This document shows positions 38,662 through 48,316 of a stretch of 60,905 nt of DNA, piece by piece. Location of the stretch: NCBI GenBank assembly GCA_964343275.1, contig CAYFIY010000002.1, positions 1 through 60,905 on the forward strand, read 5' to 3'. The DNA comes from Candidatus Hadarchaeota archaeon. GTDB taxonomy: Archaea; Hadarchaeota; Hadarchaeia; Hadarchaeales; Hadarchaeaceae. The notes under the pieces are model-generated. The model did not search any database and was not told the origin of the DNA. It worked only from the letters and a program-made list of their open reading frames with translations. A program made the translations under genes and the position numbers. Each line of letters begins with the position of its first letter. The stretch's first letter is position 1.

Positions 38662-39039
38662 TTGAGCTTAACTATCTTTGAAGCCGGCTGGATTGTGGGA
38701 TTTATAGAAAGTAAAGGCGTTTTCACGACAAATATCATTAAATTTCAGCGAAAAAGGGAATCTGGGTTTAAAAAATACCAATATCTTAATCCCGCATTTT
38801 TCCTAGTTAGCAAGGACAAAGACGCACTGGAAATCACAAGGGGCCTCTTAGGGATGGGGAAGGTCAACCGGCACGGCACGATTTTTCATCTCGACGTTAG
38901 ACGAAAGGACGAGAGTGTTAGGCTTGCTAAGTTTTTGGAAGGAAAATTAAAGTCGAACCTTAAGAGACAGGAGTTCGAGATCTGGCAAAGCCGAGTTATG
39001 GAGTGGAAATCAAGGGCATGGGGTGCGGGCGCGCTCTGA
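38662..39039 (+). CDS. Free-standing single-motif LAGLIDADG-family protein
   Basis: 125 aa, TTG start. It has an N-terminal LAGLIDADG-like helix (EAGWIVGFIESKGVF), and the remainder fits the LAGLIDADG alpha-beta-beta-alpha-beta-beta-alpha pattern. It is not embedded in an intron or intein. Confidence 0.65.
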   Translation: MSLTIFEAGWIVGFIESKGVFTTNIIKFQRKRESGFKKYQYLNPAFFLVSKDKDALEITRGLLGMGKVNRHGTIFHLDVRRKDESVRLAKFLEGKLKSNLKRQEFEIWQSRVMEWKSRAWGAGAL

Positions 39040-39104
39040 GCTTTAGCGGATAATTATGAGTTGTTAATCAAAGCTTTTAGCTATCTGCGTGACATTTTGG
39101 TGGT

Positions 39105-40106
39105 ATGCAATTGGATAAAAAATTCGAGCTCATCACGCGTGACGTTGAGGAGATAGTGACGGGGGAGGAGTTGGGGGATCTTCTTAAAAAAGAAAAATTT
39201 TCTGCCTACTGCGGTTACGAACCATCTGGTAATATTCACTTTGGCCATGCTTTGACCATTCGCAAGTTGATAGATTTGCAGAAGGCAGGGGGGCGAGCAA
39301 TCGTATTGCTTGCTGATTTACATGCCCTTTTGAATCACAAGGGAACACTGGAAGATGTCAGGGCCATAGCAGAGTATAATCGGCATTGCTTCATAGCCCT
39401 TGGTTTAGATCCTGCGCGTACCGAGTTCGTTCTGGGCTCTGAGTTCCAGCTAAAGGACCGTTATGTTCTGGATGTGTTCAGGATGGCTACCGACACCACG
39501 CTGCTTCGTGCTCGGCGATCTATGGCTGAGATAGCACGTCGGCTTGAGGATCCTGATGTCGCCCAAGTTATTTATCCCCTCATGCAGGCGGTGGACATAG
39601 CACATCTGAAAGTGGACATGGCGGTCGGAGGGATAGATCAGAGGAAAGTACACATGGTTGCTCGCGAGAAACTCCCTGTTCTGGGCTACAACAAGCCGGT
39701 TTGTATTCACGTGCCGCTGTTGCACGGGTTAGATGGTGAGGTCAAGATGTCATCCAGCAAAGGGAACTACATTTCGGTCGACGATGACCCTTTGTTGTTA
39801 AAATCCAAAATGTTGAAGGCATTTTGTCCGCCAAAGATTGTGAAGGATAATCCAGTTATTGAATACGTTGAGCATTTTGTCTTTCCCGAACTTGGTGTCA
39901 TGAAGATAAATAGGGCGGCTAAACATGGCGGCTCCATTGAGATAAAGGACGCAGCAGAACTTCGGAGAAATTATACTTCGGGCCAGCTACATCCGGCGGA
40001 TTTGAAAGCTTCGCTCACTGAAGCGTTGATTCAAGTCCTGGCACCGGTTAGGGAATACTTCCAAAAATATCCTGAGGCAAGACTGGCGAACAAACCCCAA
40101 TTTTAG
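39105..40106 (+). CDS. tyrS: Tyrosine--tRNA ligase (archaeal type)
   Basis: Class I HIGH-type motif (GNIHFGHAL) and KMSKS-type motif (KMSSSKG), 333 aa. Confidence 0.9.
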   Translation: MQLDKKFELITRDVEEIVTGEELGDLLKKEKFSAYCGYEPSGNIHFGHALTIRKLIDLQKAGGRAIVLLADLHALLNHKGTLEDVRAIAEYNRHCFIALGLDPARTEFVLGSEFQLKDRYVLDVFRMATDTTLLRARRSMAEIARRLEDPDVAQVIYPLMQAVDIAHLKVDMAVGGIDQRKVHMVAREKLPVLGYNKPVCIHVPLLHGLDGEVKMSSSKGNYISVDDDPLLLKSKMLKAFCPPKIVKDNPVIEYVEHFVFPELGVMKINRAAKHGGSIEIKDAAELRRNYTSGQLHPADLKASLTEALIQVLAPVREYFQKYPEARLANKPQF

Positions 40107-40221
40107 CCGCCCACAAGTTCCAGAATAGTCCATTGCTTCAGACTTGTACTTGGGAGAAAAAAACGCCCCACCGATATTTTTCTAATTGGTAAGGAAAGAT
40201 AAGCTTGAGGGAGTTTGTCAA

Positions 40222-40356
40222 ATGGCATATTGTAGGAAATGACGTTATGAGTTACCGAAAGAAGTGTACTATTCTCCGTCTTGCGGCGTTTCCGTTGGAG
40301 AAGTCAAATCTGAGGAATTTACCGTATTACTCGACGATTTCGTAAAAACGTTGTAA
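40222..40356 (+). pseudogene. Tiny zinc-ribbon ORF interrupted by an in-frame TGA at the second Cys position
   Basis: GGGAG lies 7 nt upstream of the ATG. My translation is MAYCRK-TGA-RYELPKEVYYSPSCGVSVGEVKSEEFTVLLDDFVKTL. The TGA at 40240-40242 sits where a C-x2-C...C-G ribbon needs Cys. Confidence 0.3.
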
Positions 40357-40576
40357 GACCTGTACTGAGAGGGAAACGTCATAACGATTATCACCAAAAA
40401 CTAAAAGTGCCAATTGCTCCTCGAGATGCCGGCCACTGGGCGTAGTCAGAGCCATCTTGGCTCCTTGGCTAGCAGCGGTTGGGGTTCTAGCCGCTATAAC
40501 GACCAAATGTACCATGGTCGTGGAAAAGAAGGCCTATTGATTCGTAGGGATGGACCTTCAAAAAATAATTAATACT

Positions 40577-42052
40577 TCAATCCAAGCCCAGAATAGTTTT
40601 TTTGGTTATTTTTGGTTTGCTTGCGTTTCGTTTTCTTTTAATGGGGCGTCTTTTTTTCCAAGGCAGCATTAGCCCCTTGTATTGTTGAGATTTTTCCCAG
40701 ATGTAATAGAAAAGCATGCAGGCAAGGACGTAGGCCATGGGGGATAATGTGACAATGTAATAACTGTACTGGGTCGTATTCCCGACGAGATACAGTGCAA
40801 CATACCCCACGAAAGTACAGATGAACCATAAAGCAGGGCCCAATGATTCTCGTCTAATTTTATGGGCCAGAAAAGGGATAAGAACCAGTGCTGCCAGCGC
40901 CATGGCATAAACGACAGGGTTCACGGAGGCAAAAACGTTTGGGTTAGCGTTGAGCATGAAGGGGGCCTGGTTTACAAACCATCCCCAAGGACTTGAAACC
41001 GGCGGACCCGGCGGTCTCGACGTAGCAAACCAGCTGAGGCCGCTCAAGAGTTCGTTGAACCATCTGTGTGGGCCCAATTTGATTATCAAAGGTGCATTGG
41101 ATGAAAGCCATATAATGATGGGTACGATAAATGGGTAAACTATCAATTTTTTGACGCTAGTTTTGCGCCCATATACCATAAACACAAATAACGCGAACAC
41201 GGAAAATGCCCCGGTGAACTTGCACGCCGACGCTAAACCTATAGCCAACGCGGATAAAAAATAGTTTCTTCTTAAAGCTAGCCAAACTGACAACGCAATG
41301 AAAAATGCGGCATATATGTCCAGCATGGCAGCTGCGGTCATAGCCCGGAAAACAGGGTCGGTAAAAGCGAAGAGATAAACGAACAAAGGAATAATTTCAT
41401 TATTTATCAATTTCACTGCCGTCAAATATACGAACAGCAGCGTTAGAGAACCAAAAATCACTCCAGGTATTCTCCAGTTTATTGGCTGATCTCCCGCCAC
41501 CAGCATGGATAAACCTATAGTGTATTTAGCAAGAGGCGGATGTTCTGTGTTCATATAATTCCCTATATTGGAAGCGTCGGGGTAATTGAAACCACTCTGG
41601 ATTATTTTTATTCCTGCGTACGAGTCGAGAATAGTATCGTAATCTAGTTTTCTGTAAGTTACTATAGAAAAGGCAGCGACTTTGTCATATTCATGCGTTA
41701 TTTCGCCGCCGAGATTGGTTTCCACGAAATTTCTAAAATTTGCTTGTGCCTTGCTTAATTCGTAGTGTGATGAAAAAAATACCGTGTAATGGTGCCCCCC
41801 ATCGGAATCTATATATGATGGCTGGACCTCATAGATTTCCCTTAGTATATTTCTTGAAGAACTAACATACCAGATTTCATCCGTGACATAGCCGGATGTC
41901 CCTTGGACTGCGGAAGCCAAACTGAAACTCATGTAGGCAAATGCCAGGGTGGAAATTAATGCAATTGTCAGGCAAATTTTCCTTCTTTTATCCATTACAG
42001 CATTTTTGTGGATTGGCGCATATATCGCTATTGTTTCGTTGGCCATTTCCAC
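40577..42052 (-). CDS. GT39/ArnT/PMT-like dolichyl-phosphate-dependent glycosyltransferase
   Basis: 491 aa and polytopic, with an extracytoplasmic loop after TM1 and GT-C-like architecture. It sits next to a GT2 Dpm1-like gene. Confidence 0.7.
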   Translation of the reverse strand: MEMANETIAIYAPIHKNAVMDKRRKICLTIALISTLAFAYMSFSLASAVQGTSGYVTDEIWYVSSSRNILREIYEVQPSYIDSDGGHHYTVFFSSHYELSKAQANFRNFVETNLGGEITHEYDKVAAFSIVTYRKLDYDTILDSYAGIKIIQSGFNYPDASNIGNYMNTEHPPLAKYTIGLSMLVAGDQPINWRIPGVIFGSLTLLFVYLTAVKLINNEIIPLFVYLFAFTDPVFRAMTAAAMLDIYAAFFIALSVWLALRRNYFLSALAIGLASACKFTGAFSVFALFVFMVYGRKTSVKKLIVYPFIVPIIIWLSSNAPLIIKLGPHRWFNELLSGLSWFATSRPPGPPVSSPWGWFVNQAPFMLNANPNVFASVNPVVYAMALAALVLIPFLAHKIRRESLGPALWFICTFVGYVALYLVGNTTQYSYYIVTLSPMAYVLACMLFYYIWEKSQQYKGLMLPWKKRRPIKRKRNASKPKITKKTILGLD

Positions 42053-43092
42053 ACAAAGAATTCGCTTAAAAAGTAGTTCGATATAAAGCCCAATATTATT
42101 CCGATGGTGTTTGCGATAATAATATTCAACCCCAAAGTCAGTAACAGGGCAAAGGTCACGAAATTGATGATCGCGCCTATGGTAACCGAACCGTGATATT
42201 TTATTAATTTATACGGGAATTTCCCACCCTCTCTCCCTCTAAAGGTCCAAAAGTTGTTCAGCAGAAAATTGCTGATTATGGAGGCTTCTATTGAAAAGAC
42301 GTCCGCCAAAAGCGGTTGGACATTTGCTGAGGATATTAGAAGCCATAAAACTCCATTGTTGACGGCAATTCCAGAGGTTCCGACGGTCATGAACTTTAGC
42401 GTCCTATATTTCGAAAGCCGTAACAGCTGTTTCAGGTAACTCACGACTTCCTTAATGCCTAGCTTGCTCTTTCCGGCGCCCCGGGACCCGAAGGAGAAAG
42501 GTACCTCAGCAATCTCTTTGTATTTCCCCTTAGCCAGTATCTCGACCAGTAGCTTGAAATCCCTGACATCGATATCTACATTTTCTATAACGCGTTTTTT
42601 GAAGAGAAAATATCCAGATTGAGTATCTTTTATTTTTCTGGTTCTTGGTAAAAGCAGGTGAGATAGCCATAGCGCCCCTTTGGAAATTGCTCTCCTAATC
42701 AAGGACCAGCCCTCAATTTTTCCGCCTTCGACGTATCGCGACGCTATTACTATGTCTGCTCCATCCTCCGCTTTCTTCCACATGATCTTCAACAATTCTG
42801 GTGGATGTTGCAAGTCCGCGTCAATAGTGGCTATCATAGCACCATCAGCGATTTTCGTGCCTTCCAATATGGCTGTGCCTAGCCCCATCTTTCCCCGCCT
42901 GTGAACGACTTTCATGTTTCCGCGTTTCATCGCAATATTATCTGCTAGTTTGCCCGTCCCGTCGGGGCTGTTGTCGTCAACTATGATCAATTCGAAATCT
43001 GAATTCTCTAATGAGCCGTAAATCGTTTCGACAAATTTAGCCAAGTTATCTATTTCATTGTAGGTGGGAGCAATAATGGACAGTTTGACCAT
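42028..43092 (-). CDS. GT2 dolichyl-phosphate sugar synthase (Dpm1-like) fused to a GtrA-like membrane domain
   Basis: N-terminal LSIIAPTYNE, VDDNSPDGT and DADLQHPP motifs of GT2. The C-terminal 4-TM region is GtrA-like (FMTVGTSGIAVNNGVLWLL). Confidence 0.85.
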   Translation of the reverse strand: MVKLSIIAPTYNEIDNLAKFVETIYGSLENSDFELIIVDDNSPDGTGKLADNIAMKRGNMKVVHRRGKMGLGTAILEGTKIADGAMIATIDADLQHPPELLKIMWKKAEDGADIVIASRYVEGGKIEGWSLIRRAISKGALWLSHLLLPRTRKIKDTQSGYFLFKKRVIENVDIDVRDFKLLVEILAKGKYKEIAEVPFSFGSRGAGKSKLGIKEVVSYLKQLLRLSKYRTLKFMTVGTSGIAVNNGVLWLLISSANVQPLLADVFSIEASIISNFLLNNFWTFRGREGGKFPYKLIKYHGSVTIGAIINFVTFALLLTLGLNIIIANTIGIILGFISNYFLSEFFVWKWPTKQ

Positions 43093-43235
43093 ATTTTTGA
43101 AGGCGTATGCGGATTATAAAAATATTGAGCCATCTGCCCGCGACTAGATTTCTGAGGTATGAAATGCGGAGTTGATTCACCTTCATGTCCACTTTTTTAA
43201 GCGAACATCAGCAATAAATTAGTAGGCAGGTAATT

Positions 43236-43700
43236 TTGTGGTCTGGGTCTCACTCCATACCCATTACCTCAGGTAATGGTGGAACAGGCAAGACCATCAT
43301 TATGGCGAACCTTGGGATGGAGCTCGGTGCACTTGGCAAGGATGTTATGTTATTGGATGGAGATTTGTTCATGGCTAACTTGGCGTTGGTCATGGGAATG
43401 CGTAAATGTGAGTTGTCTTTCTCAACGCATTGCCGGGTCTGGCAAAAGTTGACGAGATTATCCACAAAAACTACGGCATAAAGGTCGTCCCCACTGGTTT
43501 CTGCATTGAAGACGTTCATGAAGTTCTACCAAAAGTAAAAAGAGAGCGTGTTGAAGAAGTCGTCGGAGAACTCCTATAGAATACCCAGTTTTTGCTCATC
43601 GATGCTCAGGTGGGCATTCGAGATTTCACGATCATATCGATTGCAGCTGCTCGGGGAATGATAGTGTTTTGCAACCGTCGAAGTGGGTAATATCGATTTT
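43236..43700 (+). pseudogene. MinD/ParA-family ATPase pseudogene (N-terminal two thirds)
   Basis: Deviant Walker A SGNGGTGKT. The homology jumps frame near 43405-43420 (LNALPGLAKVDEIIHKNYGIKVVPTG). An in-frame TAG occurs at 43577-43579 just before Walker B FLLIDAQVG. A further stop occurs at 43698-43700. Weaker remnants continue to about 43870. Confidence 0.75.
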
Positions 43701-43880
43701 ATCTTAAATCGGCCGAACAACGTTTTAGATACCATTAACAAATCGTTGGTAGCGACGTGACTCCAAGTTTGAAGCACGCCAGTTTGTCCTTCGTACCGGC
43801 CCTCCGTTCGGCCAGCGTGTGTTTGAAAAAATAAGCGATAAATTAAGGGCATCAAAGGTTGAGTGTAGCTTGATTATACC

Positions 43881-44387
43881 TCACTTCTTTCCGAACCTAT
43901 CAGTAAAAACAATTTCCCCTACTTCCTTGCGTTCGGACTTTTGGGACTCGTCTGGTAAGCCAATGGATATGATTGATAGCAATCGTTTGTCCTCAGGTAT
44001 GCCCAGCAATTCCTTTACCTTCACTTCGTGATCTGTCTCGTACTGAACTATCCAGCAGGTTCCGAGACCTAGGGAGTGGGCAGTTAGAATCATACTATAA
44101 GTAGCAATCGTCCCGTCCTCCACTGGGTGCTTGGATACCTTGGGGTCGATGACTACCGCAATTCCAAGTGGGGCGTCAGCGAGGAATTTTCCATATGTCG
44201 TTACACTTGCTACCTCCTTTAGAATCCCCTCATCCCTAAGCACGATGAAGCTCCATGGTTGGGTGTTTACCCAAGAAGGTGACCACTGACCCGCCTCTAA
44301 AATTTTATCGATGTATTCTTCAGGTACTGGCGCCCTTTGGTATTTCCTGATGCTGCGCCTTGTCCGAATAGTTTCGAGGACTTCCAC
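43881..44387 (-). CDS. Nitroreductase family protein
   Basis: 168 aa with the N-terminal TRRSIRKY and QPWSFIV motifs of the FMN nitroreductase fold. Confidence 0.85.
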   Translation of the reverse strand: MEVLETIRTRRSIRKYQRAPVPEEYIDKILEAGQWSPSWVNTQPWSFIVLRDEGILKEVASVTTYGKFLADAPLGIAVVIDPKVSKHPVEDGTIATYSMILTAHSLGLGTCWIVQYETDHEVKVKELLGIPEDKRLLSIISIGLPDESQKSERKEVGEIVFTDRFGKK

Positions 44388-44738
44388 ACAATCACATCAA
44401 TTTATAAATATAGCTCAAATTTAATAAACCTAGCGTCGAGGGACTTGCATTTAAATATAGTATTGAAGACCACAACCTGGAAGATTGGAAAGAGATCTTT
44501 GAAGGTTGGTGAAGTGGTGACATGCAAAAGTGGAAGCTCTGCATTTTGTAGAATTAAAAAAAATTGGTAGTATCGTCACTAATACTCGCGTAAATTTTTC
44601 GGAAGGTATTTTTGCGTCACAGCTAGTTTGCGCTCTAAAGTGCGAGGAAGGGGATGTTAGCCATCGAACTAGGCAGGAATAAGCCATAGAATGGAGGTAA
44701 CATTGCCCGATTTAAGGGTTAGCGATCTGTAACCCGGT

Positions 44739-45092
44739 GTGCCTATCATAGTCGATGTTTATAAAACCATACTTTTTGTAAACGTTTTGGGTTCTTGGAC
44801 TCGAGGCCTCGTCGTCAACCGTGCTGGAAAGACCGCCGATATTTCGAATGTTTGGGTAGAACAATTCATTGGTCGGGCGCTTGGAGCAGTGCCCGTCATG
44901 GCAGACATTTCAGAGGACACGAAAGTTCAGGAAGCAGAGCGTGAGGGAGTGTCGGCGGTGGTTTACGAGCCAGATTGTGAGGCATCAGTTGCGATCAATG
45001 TGCTGGCAAAGGTCGTTGCAGGTGAACCCGACCTCCCATGTGTTCCTTACGAGGCTAGTACAATGGTGGAGACCACGTCTCGGCTGATTTGA
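44739..45092 (+). pseudogene. MinD/ParA-family C-terminal fragment
   Basis: GLVVNRAGK...VPVMADISEDTKVQEAEREGVSAVVYEPDCEASVAINVLAKVV matches the MinD C-terminal third. There is no Walker A. The same frame upstream contains stops but still reads AGIS...PGVPIIVDVYKT. Confidence 0.65.
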
Positions 45093-45112
45093 GTATTAAC
45101 CGGGTGCTGCAC

Positions 45113-45463
45113 CTAGATAAACTTAGGTTTGAGTTGAGGCACTAAGTTTGCCAGTATTACCACGGCTATCACGAAAACTAGACCAGATATCAAGAACCCG
45201 CCAGCTATGCCGAGCCTCGGGAGGGTGAGGTACATTGCGATGGCGAAAAATACATTTGAGATCATCGCTAGGACTACTCCACGCGTAAGTGCCACGGCTG
45301 AGTCGATTCCTCGGTGTAGGTACTCTAGGAATATCACCCCACCAGTCCTGATTGAAGCCCCTGCGAGGATTCCGCCCGCTTCGGGACCAATTAGCGATGC
45401 TACTGCCAGAGCTCCGGTAACCAGCACGCCACCGAAAAAGAAGTCGAACATCATGCGTTTCAT
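45113..45463 (-). CDS. Small 4-TM membrane protein (DUF3147-like)
   Basis: 116 aa with four hydrophobic segments and an ATG start. Confidence 0.5.
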   Translation of the reverse strand: MKRMMFDFFFGGVLVTGALAVASLIGPEAGGILAGASIRTGGVIFLEYLHRGIDSAVALTRGVVLAMISNVFFAIAMYLTLPRLGIAGGFLISGLVFVIAVVILANLVPQLKPKFI

Positions 45464-45529
45464 GTTGATTTTTATTTTCAGCCCCCACTAAATTTTATCA
45501 TTTCTTGTTAAAATTACCATGTTGGTCTA

Positions 45530-45547
45530 TTGTTATAAATATAACAA
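45530..45547. promoter_or_regulatory. Perfect 8-bp inverted repeat TTGTTATA-AA-TATAACAA in a divergent intergenic region
   Basis: Read directly from the sequence. It lies 67 nt upstream of the 45463 gene start, in the ~415-bp AT-rich gap before the mrp-nuo cluster. Confidence 0.3.
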
Positions 45548-45878
45548 CTACACCAACAGTAGTTCAAAGTAAATCACTTTTGTGCTAATTGAAGGAGGAA
45601 GTGGTTCTAAAACATTAATTCCCGGCATCAATTCATTCAATTGATTTTGGTTTCTTAAATTTCATTACTTCATGCAGTGGATTGAGTAGACGATAAGGGC
45701 TGGTCATCTCAGCTATATTTCCACATAATCCGCAGTTGATTCTCATTTAACGGCTACAGCCCTACTGTGGATTCTTACAAATGTAATGGCACCTTATTTA
45801 AAGTGCTAAATTGTATTTGCTATCATAACCCTGTTACATGAGTAAATTATATAATGGGCATTAAAGTAGGTAGAAAAT

Positions 45879-46382
45879 ATGGTAAGCGCAAGATATCCGG
45901 TAGCATTCTTTTGCGTGTGGGCCGCCTGGATCGCTCTGACGGCTTCGTTCGACATCCAAGAGTTAGCTATAGGTGCATTGATTTCAGGGTTCGTTTCTCT
46001 TATCTCGTATAAGTCCCTCTTTCACAGAGAAATTGCAGAAAAATTGCAAATCAAGCGATTGGCCAACGCCTTAGCGTACGTGCCGGCATACATCTGGGCT
46101 GAGATTAAGGCACATGCTACGGTTATGTATCTAATTCTACATCCCCAAATGCCTATTAAACCGGGTATCGTCCGCGTTCCCACTAAACTCAAAACTGACT
46201 TTGGGATAACGGGCCTGGCTAATGCAATTACCATGACCCCCGGGACCCTCAGCGTTGATGTTGTTGAGAATAAGTCATCTGTGTATGTTCACTGGATCGA
46301 CGTAAAGGCGGTCGATCCTAAAAAAACAAGCGCTGAAATCGCTATGCCCTTCGAACGTTTCCTGAGGAGGATTTTCGGATGA
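45879..46382 (+). CDS. mnhE: MrpE/MnhE (MbhA-like) subunit
   Basis: 167 aa with two N-terminal TM helices and an MnhE-like core. It is the first gene of the cluster. Confidence 0.75.
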   Translation: MVSARYPVAFFCVWAAWIALTASFDIQELAIGALISGFVSLISYKSLFHREIAEKLQIKRLANALAYVPAYIWAEIKAHATVMYLILHPQMPIKPGIVRVPTKLKTDFGITGLANAITMTPGTLSVDVVENKSSVYVHWIDVKAVDPKKTSAEIAMPFERFLRRIFG

Positions 46383-46639
46383 TATTGATTGAAATCGTGG
46401 TAATTGTCCTCTTCGCCATCGTAATCTGCGCAATCCGTGCCGTACTAGGTCCCACTGCCCCTGACAGAGTCGTGGCGATAGATGGGATTACGGCCCTGAT
46501 GATCGCGTCATTAGTTATTCTCGGAGTTTATTACCAAGCATCGATTTTTTTGGATGTTGCTCTTGTCTATGCCCTTCTTTCATTTTTGGGAACACTTGCT
46601 ATCTCTAAGTACCTCGAGGGAAGGGGGATAGAATCATGA
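46379..46639 (+). CDS. mnhF: MrpF/MnhF (MbhB-like) subunit
   Basis: 86 aa, 3 TM, ATGA overlap with the upstream gene. Confidence 0.7.
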   Translation: MILIEIVVIVLFAIVICAIRAVLGPTAPDRVVAIDGITALMIASLVILGVYYQASIFLDVALVYALLSFLGTLAISKYLEGRGIES

Positions 46640-46974
46640 TTGAAATCATCGCGTACATACTGTTTGGAATTGGTTCTGTATGTTCTGTCGTAGGCGCCAT
46701 AGGGATCGTTCGCTTCCCGGACGTGTACAACCGAATCCACGCCAACACGGTGGTAGTGGTCGGCGGATCGATTCTGCTCATAATCGGTGCAGGAATAATC
46801 GGAGGGATCAGCGTCTTCACCCTCAAGGCAGTTGTAATCGCTCTTTTCGTCTTTTTGACGAATCCAGTGAGCTCCCATGCCATTGGAAGAGCCGCTCACA
46901 AGTCGGGAGTCAAGCTCTGGAAAAAGAGCGTCGTTGACAAGCTGAAGGAGGAGAGACCTTGGTCGAAACACTGA
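46636..46974 (+). CDS. mnhG: MrpG/MnhG (MbhC-like) subunit
   Basis: 112 aa with the motif RFPDVYNRIHANT, ATGA overlap. Confidence 0.8.
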   Translation: MIEIIAYILFGIGSVCSVVGAIGIVRFPDVYNRIHANTVVVVGGSILLIIGAGIIGGISVFTLKAVVIALFVFLTNPVSSHAIGRAAHKSGVKLWKKSVVDKLKEERPWSKH

Positions 46975-47201
46975 TCCAAAACATCCTGGTCATTTTTCTT
47001 TTCGTGCTGTTCGTGATAGCGATCGAGCTTAAGGACTTGCTCTATTCAGTCATAGTGCTGGGTGGCGCCAGCATAACCCTCGCCGTTATCTTCTACATGC
47101 TCCAAGCCCCGGATATAGCGATAACACAGGCGGCCGTCGGGGCGGGCGTCTCGACGGTGCTTTTCGTCATCGCGGTGAGCCGCACGAGGAGGCAGGAATA
47201 A
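46959..47201 (+). CDS. DUF4040 / MbhD-like small membrane subunit
   Basis: 80 aa, 3 TM, APDIAITQAAVGAGVSTVLF, TTG start. Confidence 0.65.
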   Translation: MVETLIQNILVIFLFVLFVIAIELKDLLYSVIVLGGASITLAVIFYMLQAPDIAITQAAVGAGVSTVLFVIAVSRTRRQE

Positions 47202-47509
47202 TGGGAAAAGCTCAGCGTGCAGTAGCTTTGGGGTTAGTAGTTGCCTTGGGCTTAATGCTGATTTATGTAACTAATTTCACGATGCAGCCATTTGGGTCAT
47301 TTCCACAGCGTCAGGTGAACGAATACGTTGGAGACGCCGTTGGGCAGCAATACCTTGAAGACGCTCTTTGGCAGACCGGAGCGACAAATGTCGTCACAAG
47401 CGTGGTCTGGGGGTATCGAGCCTATGATACTTTAGGTGAGTCCACGGTCCTGTTTACTGCAGTCGTGGGTGTTATAATGTTGTTTCGCACTTTAAGGAGG
47501 GATGATTAA
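47201..47509 (+). CDS. MnhB-related (MbhE-like) subunit
   Basis: 102 aa with NVVTSVVWGYRAYDTLGES, characteristic of MnhB-related proteins. Confidence 0.7.
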   Translation: MGKAQRAVALGLVVALGLMLIYVTNFTMQPFGSFPQRQVNEYVGDAVGQQYLEDALWQTGATNVVTSVVWGYRAYDTLGESTVLFTAVVGVIMLFRTLRRDD

Positions 47510-47943
47510 TGGCTGGAATGACCATTATCGTACAAACGATCTCGAGATTACTCTTCCCATTTGTGTTTCTTTTCGGGATCTACATCGTATTTCATGGACA
47601 CCTGACGCCTGGGGGCGGGTTTCCTGGAGGTGCGGTTATTGTTGCATCGATCATCATGCTCATCCTAGCCTATGGTGTCGATAACATCCAAAAACGAATA
47701 AGCTTTTTACAAGCGGAAGTGATCGACGTTATCGGAAGCGTTAGCATTGTTGTAATAGGGCTCATTGGAATTTTGTTGGGAACCTCTTTCCTGCAGAACG
47801 TCTTTCCGTTGGGCGAACAAGGTAGTATATTCAGTGGCGGTAATTTTCTACTGCTTTACATCGGTGTGGGGATTAAGGTCTCGGCTGGTCTTTTATTGAT
47901 TATATACGCGATGTTGTTCGTGACTCAGAGGGAGAAAAAATGA
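47509..47943 (+). CDS. mnhB: MrpB/MnhB (MbhF-like) subunit
   Basis: 144 aa with HGHLTPGGGFPGG. Confidence 0.8.
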   Translation: MAGMTIIVQTISRLLFPFVFLFGIYIVFHGHLTPGGGFPGGAVIVASIIMLILAYGVDNIQKRISFLQAEVIDVIGSVSIVVIGLIGILLGTSFLQNVFPLGEQGSIFSGGNFLLLYIGVGIKVSAGLLLIIYAMLFVTQREKK

Positions 47944-48299
47944 ACCTGAACTACACTATCGCCATGATGCTCATCGCGCTCGGGATCTATTGCTTATTAT
48001 TCAAGCGGAACCTGATCAAGCTCATAATAGGATTATCAGTGATAACGGACGGAGCTCATCTTTTTTTTATAAGTATGGGTTTTCGCGCTGGCGGCATAGC
48101 ACCGATCTTCATCGCCAACTTGGCATCGAACTCAACTGATTTTGCGTCCCTAGCGGTGGATCCGCTTCCCCAGGCCCTCGTGCTGACATCCATCGTCATC
48201 AATATATGTATCACGGCCTTGGCGCTCTCGCTCGCCATCTATGCCTACCGTCACTACAAAACACTTAACCCATTCAACATGAGGAGGCTGAGAGGCTGA
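47940..48299 (+). CDS. mnhC: MrpC/MnhC (MbhG-like, NuoK-related) subunit
   Basis: 119 aa, 3 TM, ATGA overlap. Confidence 0.8.
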   Translation: MNLNYTIAMMLIALGIYCLLFKRNLIKLIIGLSVITDGAHLFFISMGFRAGGIAPIFIANLASNSTDFASLAVDPLPQALVLTSIVINICITALALSLAIYAYRHYKTLNPFNMRRLRG

Positions 48300-48316
48300 T
48301 TCAAGACGCACCCATC

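Noticed and set aside
43577-43579. In-frame TAG inside the MinD-like gene as a possible pyrrolysine codon.
   Set aside because: TAG functions as an ordinary stop for pheS and for the NarG-like gene in this window. The same MinD-like gene also has frameshifts and another stop, so decay explains it better.
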